Source of the DNA: Halogeometricum borinquense DSM 11551
GTDB taxonomy: Archaea; Halobacteriota; Halobacteria; Halobacteriales; Haloferacaceae
DNA length: 32,000 nucleotides
NCBI RefSeq assembly: GCF_000172995.2
Contig: NC_014729.1
Location: 450,001-482,000 of the forward strand
Direction: 5' to 3'
In this document: positions 24,533-32,000 of the stretch, one piece after another
Layout of the letters: every line of letters starts with the position of its first letter
How positions within the stretch are numbered: position 1 is the stretch's first letter
Notes under the pieces: model-generated
The model's database searches: none
Seen by the model: the letters and a program-made list of their open reading frames with translations, nothing else
Told to the model about the DNA's origin: nothing
Program-made: the position numbers and the translations under genes

Positions 24533-25903
24533 TCAGTCGTCGTGGTTATGATCGTGGTCGTGGCCGTCGCCACCGTCACCCGCGATCAACTGCTCGCCGT
24601 CGGACATCATGTCCATGTTCTTCAGGTTGTCCCGTTCCTCGAAGTCCTCGACGGCGTCGAGGATGTCCGTCTGGGTCAACGCTGTCCGTTCCTCAGTGAG
24701 GGCTTCGAGGACGGCCTCACGGAGGACCATCCGCAAGTCAGATCCGGTGAGACCCTCGGTTCGGTCGGCCACCGCCTCGGGGTCGAAATCGGCGACTTCC
24801 ATCCGGTTGGTGATGATGCGGAGGATGTCCGCACGCATCTGCCGGTCCGGTCTGGGGAAGTTGACAATCTCGTCGAAGCGTCGCCACGCCGCCGAATCGA
24901 GTTGGTCGGGGTGGTTGGTCGCCCCGATGAGGATGACCTCGTCGCGGATCAGCGAGATGTCGTCGATACTCTTCAACAGCGTGTTGACCGCACGCTTGAG
25001 CGCGGCGTGTTCGTCCGACCGGCGGGTTTTCGCCACCGAGTCGAACTCGTCGATAAAGAGGATACACGGCGACAGCCGTTTGGCCACCTCGAACGTCTTC
25101 TCGACGTTCTTGGCCGTCTCACCGAGGTATTGGCTCGTGATCATCGAGAGTTTCACCTCGACGAACGGGAGGCCAAGTTCGTGTGCGAGAGCGCGTGAAA
25201 CGGTAGTTTTACCGGTTCCCGGCGGGCCGACAAACAGAATCTTGCCGATTTCGCGGAGGCCGATATCCGCGAGATACTCGCGGTGTTCGATGGCCTTCAT
25301 CAGTTTGTGAATCTCCCCCTCTTGGTCCTGCGTCAACACGAGGTCTTCGAGCGTCATCTCGATCTCCTCGGGCGCACGGACCTGCACGAGATCCAGCATC
25401 TCGGCGTCCTCCTCCTCGTCGAAGTACTGATCGAGGAGGCTGTCGATCCAGACGCGGTCGGCTTGAATCGACCGCGTTCGTTCACGCGCCTCTGTGTGGC
25501 TCACATCCACATCGTCGTGATCCTCGACGGCGGCGGCGATAGTTGGATTCGTCTCCAACTGGTCGCGGTCTGCGCGTTCGAGGTACCAATCGGTAGCCAT
25601 GTCGGGTTGCGTCAGAGAGATGCGCCCCGAGAAATCCTCGCGTTGGGTAAACAGGAGGTCTGAGATGGCTTCCCACGGTCGTTCGACGCCAGTCGCTTTC
25701 CGAGCGGTGTTGTCGGTCACGACTAAGGGGCGTTCGATACCGATTGGGGCCGTTTCATCGTCTTCGTCTTCGTCGTCCGGCGGGTCCGTCCAAAAGACGC
25801 GGCGGTACCGCGGCGGGAGGTCGTTCTCGTCTAACTCACGGTTCTCGGTGTAGAGATGCGCCGTGAGGAGGAACTCGACCACCTCGAGAGCCGGGTCACT
25901 CAT
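24533..25903 (-). CDS. Single-domain AAA+ ATPase (CDC48/FtsH-like AAA module) with a long acidic N-domain and a His/Asp-rich tail
   Basis: This uses the internal ATG of track ORF 24533..26530, giving 456 aa. It carries Walker A (GPPGTGKT), Walker B (ILFIDEFD) and the second region of homology (GATNHPDQLDSAAWRRFD). The tail is GHDHDHNHDD. Confidence 0.9.
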   Translation of the reverse strand: MSDPALEVVEFLLTAHLYTENRELDENDLPPRYRRVFWTDPPDDEDEDDETAPIGIERPLVVTDNTARKATGVERPWEAISDLLFTQREDFSGRISLTQPDMATDWYLERADRDQLETNPTIAAAVEDHDDVDVSHTEARERTRSIQADRVWIDSLLDQYFDEEEDAEMLDLVQVRAPEEIEMTLEDLVLTQDQEGEIHKLMKAIEHREYLADIGLREIGKILFVGPPGTGKTTVSRALAHELGLPFVEVKLSMITSQYLGETAKNVEKTFEVAKRLSPCILFIDEFDSVAKTRRSDEHAALKRAVNTLLKSIDDISLIRDEVILIGATNHPDQLDSAAWRRFDEIVNFPRPDRQMRADILRIITNRMEVADFDPEAVADRTEGLTGSDLRMVLREAVLEALTEERTALTQTDILDAVEDFEERDNLKNMDMMSDGEQLIAGDGGDGHDHDHNHDD

Positions 25904-26098
25904 CCCCACAACGTTGCCCGTCAGACGGCATAAGACCGTCGAAGACCAGCGGGAATCGTGACGATCACACGAGATCACGGTGATTCGGACAATCGAACGC
26001 TCCGACGCCTCGCCGCAGAAACGCCGAGTGCGTGAAACTCCGTGTCCATCCCTCAGAGTTCTACCCCATTTATCACCACGGACACCAGAAAAGGACAC

Positions 26099-27232
<1,134 letters not shown>

Positions 27233-27266
27233 CGTCGTCCCCCGAAAGACGACATCTCTCGACTCG

Positions 27267-27272
27267 TTTTTT
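27267..27272 (+). terminator. T6 run, a candidate archaeal oligo-T terminator for the thiolase gene
   Basis: tttttt lies 35 nt after the stop codon. A matching T5 on the - strand, seen as aaaaa on + near 27401-27405, follows the convergent antiporter gene. Confidence 0.35.
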
Positions 27273-27296
27273 CTGACGCGCATTGCACCAGCTACC

Positions 27297-27342
27297 GATA
27301 GTTAGCCAGTTCCAGCACGGATAGTTAGCCAGTTCTAGTAGT
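27297..27342. repeat. Two tandem 23-nt units sharing an exact 16-mer, gatagttagccagttc
   Basis: The 16-mer occurs at 27297-27312 and again at 27320-27335. The units sit in relatively AT-rich DNA between convergent genes. Confidence 0.8.
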
Positions 27343-27351
27343 TACGGCAGT

Positions 27352-27380
27352 CTGCAACTGGAAGAAGCCGAGAGTTGCAG
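27352..27380. other. Perfect 8-bp-stem hairpin, ctgcaact-N13-agttgcag
   Basis: Read directly from the sequence, immediately after the 23-nt units. Confidence 0.5.
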
Positions 27381-27448
27381 CATCGAGATATCGGGTGTGT
27401 GGCCCCGTCAAAAACGAGTGAACCACAGAGTGGATTACGGAATCGGCT

Positions 27449-29311
27449 TCACTCGTCAGGGTGGATGAACTGCATCGCTTCGCGGACGGCGTCGTGACCG
27501 CCGATGATTGTGATGTGGTCGCCGTGTTGGACGGTGAAATCAGCGCTGGGGACGCTCGATTCGCCGTCCCGTGAGATGAGGGTGATGAGACACCCGTTCG
27601 GGAGTTCCGGCCCGATATCGCGGACGGTTTTTCCGACGATTTCCTCGGATGTGACCTCGATCTCCTGGACATCGCCCGAACGGCCGATTTCGCTCATCCA
27701 GTTCATCATCGCGGGCCGTTCGATGTAGTTGTCGATGGCCTGAGCCGTCGCCAGCACCGACGAGATGGTACGGACACCGAGTTCCTCGAACGCGTCCACG
27801 TTGTCGGGGTTGTTCGCCCGAGCGATGATGGTCTCGGGGTCGAATTTCGAGTTCGCCAACTGGGCGACGAGGAGATTCACGTCGTCGTCGCCGGTGGCAG
27901 CAACGACAATTTTGGCATTATCCGCCCCCGCAGAGCGAAGCACGTCGGTGTCGGTGCCATCACCCTGATGGACGGTATGACCCTCGTTGCGGGCCGTTTC
28001 GATGATTTCCGGGTCTTGTTCGATGAGCACTACGTTCTCTCCGCGGTCTTCGAGGCGTTCGGCGAGCGTCCGGCCCACCTTACCGCCTCCGATAACGAGT
28101 ACACGCATTGGAATGACGTCGAGGTATTCAGCTATTTGTCGAGCGAGACCACCCTCGAACACAACGGTCACGAGGATGACGAGGAAGACGGTGCCGACGA
28201 GGGTGTCGGCCGCCTGCCCCAATCCCTCCGCCCGGAGTTGGATGGCGAACAGCGTCGCCACGGACGCGGGGATGATACCGCGCGGACCGACGAAACTCAT
28301 GAACCACTTCTCGCCGGTGGTAAAGCGGTCCCCCTGCGCCGACAGGAACACGAGGAGCGGCCGAAGGACCAGCGCGACGACGACGACAACGCCGAGACCG
28401 CCGAGTCCGAGTCGGAGCAGCGTTTCGAACTCTAGCAACGCTGCAAGCGCGATGAAGACGAACGAGAGGACGATGAGCGTTATGTCGCCTTTGAACGCCG
28501 AGATGTCCTCCTCGTACGGGACGTCAGCGTTTCCGAGCAAGATACCGGCCGTCGCGACGGCGGCGATACCGGCTTCGGTAGCGATGAAGTCGGCCGCACC
28601 GTACGCGACGAGCGCACCCGCGAGAACGAGCAGACGCGCGTTCTGCGGTGCGTTACCGGGTGAGAGGTCAACGTACCGGAGCGCGTAGAACATCGCCGCG
28701 GCGACGAGTGTTCCGACGACGACGCCGACACCGAGACGTTCCGCAAACAGCGTCATGAGCGCGCCCGGTTCGGTCGCACCTTCGATGATGGCCTCGAAGA
28801 TGACGACGGCGAGGATAGCGGCCGTCACGTCGTTGACGATCCCCTCCGTCTCTAACGCCGCCTCGACCCGGTCGCGTGCCGGGACAACCTCTAAAATCGG
28901 GGCGATGACCGTCGGCCCGGTGGCGACGAGAAGCGCCCCGATAAGGAACGAAACGCTCCATGGCGATCCGAGAAGGTAGTGAATCGCCGCGGCTGTTCCG
29001 ATGAGCGCGATACCTGCACCGACGGTAATGAGCCGAATCGTCGCTGCGGGTGCTTCTCGGAGCTTCTCAATGCGAAGGTGGAACGCACCCTCGAACACGA
29101 TGATGGCCACCGAGAGGCCGACGATAGCTGACAACCCGCTCCCGAACGAATCAGGGTGGACGACGTTGAGAACTTCCGGTCCGAGGATGATCCCCGAGGT
29201 GATGAGAAAGAGGACACTCGGGACCTGAAACCGGTCCGAAAGTATCTGCGACACGACGCCGATACCGATGATAGCCGCGACAATGTATATGAGGTTGGAG
29301 CCGGCGGCCAT
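27449..29311 (-). CDS. Cation:proton antiporter (NhaP/CPA1-type) fused to TrkA-N and TrkA-C (RCK) domains
   Basis: This uses the internal ATG of track ORF 27449..29404. About 390 aa are polytopic (MAAGSNLIYIVAAIIGIGVVSQILSDRFQVPSVLFLI...). MRVLVIGGGKVGRTLAERL (Rossmann) and a C-terminal TrkA-C-like region follow. Confidence 0.9.
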   Translation of the reverse strand: MAAGSNLIYIVAAIIGIGVVSQILSDRFQVPSVLFLITSGIILGPEVLNVVHPDSFGSGLSAIVGLSVAIIVFEGAFHLRIEKLREAPAATIRLITVGAGIALIGTAAAIHYLLGSPWSVSFLIGALLVATGPTVIAPILEVVPARDRVEAALETEGIVNDVTAAILAVVIFEAIIEGATEPGALMTLFAERLGVGVVVGTLVAAAMFYALRYVDLSPGNAPQNARLLVLAGALVAYGAADFIATEAGIAAVATAGILLGNADVPYEEDISAFKGDITLIVLSFVFIALAALLEFETLLRLGLGGLGVVVVVALVLRPLLVFLSAQGDRFTTGEKWFMSFVGPRGIIPASVATLFAIQLRAEGLGQAADTLVGTVFLVILVTVVFEGGLARQIAEYLDVIPMRVLVIGGGKVGRTLAERLEDRGENVVLIEQDPEIIETARNEGHTVHQGDGTDTDVLRSAGADNAKIVVAATGDDDVNLLVAQLANSKFDPETIIARANNPDNVDAFEELGVRTISSVLATAQAIDNYIERPAMMNWMSEIGRSGDVQEIEVTSEEIVGKTVRDIGPELPNGCLITLISRDGESSVPSADFTVQHGDHITIIGGHDAVREAMQFIHPDE

Positions 29312-29446
29312 TATGACACCTCCATGTATCTCCGCCGATGTGTTGAATGAACATAAAACCATACATTTACGTCGCGGTTTTTGGGTACAAAACCGAACAA
29401 TCATTTGGAAATATGCGCTAACAAAAAAGACACGGAAAAACTGCCG

Positions 29447-31480
29447 TCAGTTCTGTGTGGCTGCGGCAGCGTCTTCGGTGTACAGCAGATCGACCTGATC
29501 GGCGTACCGGTCGAGGATGTTCCGGCGCTTCTTTTTCATCGTCGGCGTCATCAGGTCGTTGTTTTCCGTGAACTCTTCGGGGACGAGGCGGAACTGCTTT
29601 ATCTGCTCGTACGGCTCGAAATTTTCGTTGACTTGGTCAATTTCCGACTGGATACGCTCTTTCACTCGGTCATCGCGGCAGATCCCGCGCGCATCGTCGG
29701 GGAGGTCGTAACCCTCTCTGTCGGCCCATTCGCGGATTTCTTCGAAGCTCGGGACGATAAGCGCCGAGACGAACTTCCGGCCGTCGCCGAGGACCATGCA
29801 CTGTTCGACCACGTCGCTTGAGGCAAACGAGTCCTCGATTGGGCCGGGTGCGACGTTTTTCCCCGTCGAAAGGACGAGAATCTGCTTTGCGCGCTCGCGG
29901 AAGGCGATGTAGCCGTCCGGACGGAGTTCGACCACGTCGCCGGTTCGGAACCATCCTCCGGAGTCTCCCTCTGATTCCGACTCCCCGTTCGCGTCGCTGG
30001 GGACATCGTCGGTGAACGCCGCCGCCGTCTCCTCGGGTCGGTTCCAGTAGCCTTCGGTGACGTTCGGACCTTTCACGAGCAGTTCACCCACGTCGCCGCC
30101 AGCATCGCCCGTCACGTCTCCGACGACGGTCTTGTCGAGTTTCACTTCGACGTCCACGACGGGTGTTCCGATGGTGCCGATTTTCGGCTCTTCGGGCGGG
30201 TTCACCGCGATGACGGGTGACGTTTCGGTGAGACCGTATCCCTCCAGAATCGGCAGTCCCATCCCGTGGTACAGCGCACAGAGTTCCGCTGAGAGGCTCC
30301 CACCGCCGCTGATGAAGAACTCGATGCGGCCGCCGAGCGCCTCTCGAACCTGATCGAAGACGAGTTTGTCAGCGAGGGCGTGCTTCGCCGAAAGGATGAC
30401 GCCGGGCGAGTCAGACTCGTGGTACTCGCGGCCGACATCGACCGCCCACTCGAAGATGCGTTTTTTCGTGGGTGATTTGCTTGCCTCCGACCGAATCGCA
30501 TCGTATAGTTTCTCGTAGACGCGCGGAACGCTCGTTCCAACCGTCGGTCTGACGAGTTGGAAATCCTCACGGAGCGTGTCCGGACTCTCCGCGTAGGCGA
30601 CGCACGCGCCCGATGCGAACATCAGGAAGTGTCCGGCGAGTCGCTCGAGAACGTGTGCGAGCGGAAGGAACGAGAGCGTCACCATCCCGTTGGTGAGCGT
30701 TGGTACGTCCTCTTTGTCCGGACGCGGGCCGAACCGCTTGTAACACTGATTCACGTTCGACCGGAAGTTGTTGTGTGTGAGTTTGACGCCCTTCGGTTGG
30801 CCCGTCGTTCCCGAGGTGTAGATAAGCGACGCCAACGACGAAGGGTCCCGCTCGTTTATCCACGACTGGTAGGCTTCTTCGTCGAACGCCGTCGCACCGA
30901 TTTCGTGAACGTCGCCCAGCGTGTAGATATCGTCTCTGTCGCGGACGGCCCCGCCCATCCCACTTCCGTCCGCTGGGTCGTCGATGAGGACGATGAAGGA
31001 GAGATCTAACTCGTCTTCGACGGCGAGGACGCGTTGGAGCAGTTCCGCGTTCTCCACGACGACACCCGTCGCACCGGGGTCAGAGAGCAGGTATCGAACT
31101 TGCCGCTCCGACGAGGACGTGTAGACGGTTGTTACGGCACCGCCTGCGGCAAGAATCCCGAAGTCTGACTGCGCCCATTCCATCCGTGTGTGTGAGAAGA
31201 TGCCGACGCGCGATCCGGCTTCGACGCCGAGTTCCCGAAACCCGGCCGCGAGATTCCGGACAATCTCACGCATCTCTCCGTACGTTAGTTCGGAGAAATC
31301 GCCACTCGGCGCTGCGGGCACGACACCCGAACTGACGAGCGACCGGTCGTAAATGCCGCCTTTGTACTGCTGGGCGGGTTCGCCGGTGTTCCGCGCCGCA
31401 CTGTTTTCGAACATCCGTGCCAGCGTCGTGTCGCCGACGACTTCGTCCTCGAACGTCTCCTCTGAGTCCCGCCAATCCAT
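29447..31480 (-). CDS. Long-chain fatty-acid--CoA ligase (AMP-dependent synthetase)
   Basis: It carries the AMP-binding motifs IYTSGTTGQPKGV, GYGLTE and WFRTGD. I prefer the start MDWRDSEE at 31480 because a TTTTAAAT box lies about 27 nt upstream. The track start at 31501 is also possible. Confidence 0.9.
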   Translation of the reverse strand: MDWRDSEETFEDEVVGDTTLARMFENSAARNTGEPAQQYKGGIYDRSLVSSGVVPAAPSGDFSELTYGEMREIVRNLAAGFRELGVEAGSRVGIFSHTRMEWAQSDFGILAAGGAVTTVYTSSSERQVRYLLSDPGATGVVVENAELLQRVLAVEDELDLSFIVLIDDPADGSGMGGAVRDRDDIYTLGDVHEIGATAFDEEAYQSWINERDPSSLASLIYTSGTTGQPKGVKLTHNNFRSNVNQCYKRFGPRPDKEDVPTLTNGMVTLSFLPLAHVLERLAGHFLMFASGACVAYAESPDTLREDFQLVRPTVGTSVPRVYEKLYDAIRSEASKSPTKKRIFEWAVDVGREYHESDSPGVILSAKHALADKLVFDQVREALGGRIEFFISGGGSLSAELCALYHGMGLPILEGYGLTETSPVIAVNPPEEPKIGTIGTPVVDVEVKLDKTVVGDVTGDAGGDVGELLVKGPNVTEGYWNRPEETAAAFTDDVPSDANGESESEGDSGGWFRTGDVVELRPDGYIAFRERAKQILVLSTGKNVAPGPIEDSFASSDVVEQCMVLGDGRKFVSALIVPSFEEIREWADREGYDLPDDARGICRDDRVKERIQSEIDQVNENFEPYEQIKQFRLVPEEFTENNDLMTPTMKKKRRNILDRYADQVDLLYTEDAAAATQN

Positions 31481-31502
31481 ACAACGAACATATTCGTTCA
31501 TA

Positions 31503-31512
31503 ATTTAAAAGA
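31503..31512 (-). promoter_or_regulatory. TATA-like box for the acyl-CoA ligase gene, consistent with a leaderless mRNA
   Basis: aatttaaaag on + reads CTTTTAAATT on -. It is centred about 27 nt upstream of the ATG at 31480. Confidence 0.35.
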
Positions 31513-31618
31513 ATATATCCCTCGGTAAGTTCGTTGTTCGGCGTTCAACGCCGCGCGGTAGGCTCCGAGTTTGTCCTGTTCGTTTACTAATACGTAATGT
31601 GAAACGAGCGGCGAGCTG

Positions 31619-32000
31619 TTACTCTTGTTCGGCTTGCCAGTCTAAGTAGCCGAGGACGCCGCGCACGTTGAGCTTTTCTTCCTCGCTGGCCTTTCTCTCA
31701 CCCCACAGGTCGGTCATCTGTGTGTGTTCTGCGAAGTGTTCGATGACTGCGTCGTCGTCGCCGAGTTCCTCGCGTTTCTGCCGGACCGCTTCGACCCACT
31801 CGACGAGCGTCCGCTTGTACGACTCCATCAGTTCCTCGCTGTACTCGCACGATCCGAAGTGACCGAAGCAAATCCGCTCGGGGGCGATTTCCTCGATTGT
31901 TCGCACGTCGTCCAGACAGGCTTCGAGATCGAACTGCGACGGTGGCGACGTCTGCCGCACTTGCCCGCGTTCCGGCACGTAGATCCCCGCGGCGTCACCG
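31619..32000 (-). CDS. MBL-fold hydrolase-like protein, C-terminal part; the N-terminus lies beyond the window end
   Basis: The frame stays open to the window edge. The sequence ...ERICFGHFGSCEYSEELMESYKRTLVEWVEAVRQKREELGDDD... contains a conserved His in a GHFG context, as in MBL-fold C-terminal regions. Confidence 0.65.
   Translation of the reverse strand, partial: GDAAGIYVPERGQVRQTSPPSQFDLEACLDDVRTIEEIAPERICFGHFGSCEYSEELMESYKRTLVEWVEAVRQKREELGDDDAVIEHFAEHTQMTDLWGERKASEEEKLNVRGVLGYLDWQAEQE

Noticed and set aside
24002-25198. A 398-aa + strand ORF opposite the AAA ATPase and lipoprotein genes. Similar long antisense ORFs occur at 19095..20121 and 18231..19040.
   Set aside because: These are antisense shadow frames of strongly supported genes. 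Their composition is Arg/Val/Gly-rich with no recognisable motifs.
31481-31501. The upstream ATG (MNEYVRC…) as the start of the acyl-CoA ligase gene
   Set aside because: The TTTTAAAT box would then abut the start codon directly. The ATG at 31480 places the box at the distance expected for a leaderless haloarchaeal mRNA. This is not excluded, only less likely.

Overview
GC-rich haloarchaeal (class Halobacteria) chromosomal DNA. The evidence is acidic proteins, twin-arginine lipoprotein signals and archaeal information-processing genes. I support about 36 protein genes and 2 tRNAs, tRNA-Gly(CCC) and tRNA-Thr(GGU). There is no rRNA, CRISPR array, transposase or integrase. Most of the window is housekeeping:
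- the conserved archaeal cluster aIF2-gamma / PIN / RpoE' / Spt4 / DUF359 dephospho-CoA kinase / S24e / Kae1-Bud32
- NadE, the RdgB/HAM1 NTP pyrophosphatase and TrkA
- a DapA-family lyase
- a ModE-like regulator with a TupBC-like ABC permease and ATPase
- a thiolase, an acyl-CoA ligase and an enoyl-CoA hydratase
- an NhaP-type antiporter with RCK domains
- a single-domain AAA ATPase

I found no clear-cut new multi-gene system. The leads worth a second look are:
1. A perfect 97-nt direct repeat at the tRNA-Gly locus. It copies the tRNA 3' end plus its flank, which looks like an att-like scar or a degenerate tandem tRNA unit.
2. The neighbouring four-gene block centred on an Nmad3-like protein.
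3. A roughly 290-nt GC-rich, strongly self-complementary non-coding segment between trkA and the dapA-like gene.
4. A conserved-looking protein with PD-(D/E)xK-type motifs and a four-cysteine tail.
5. A 33-codon ORF that overlaps the start of a PIN-like gene.
6. Two separate sets of 23-nt-period tandem repeats in intergenic DNA.

All functional calls come from reading the translated sequences by eye. No database search was run.
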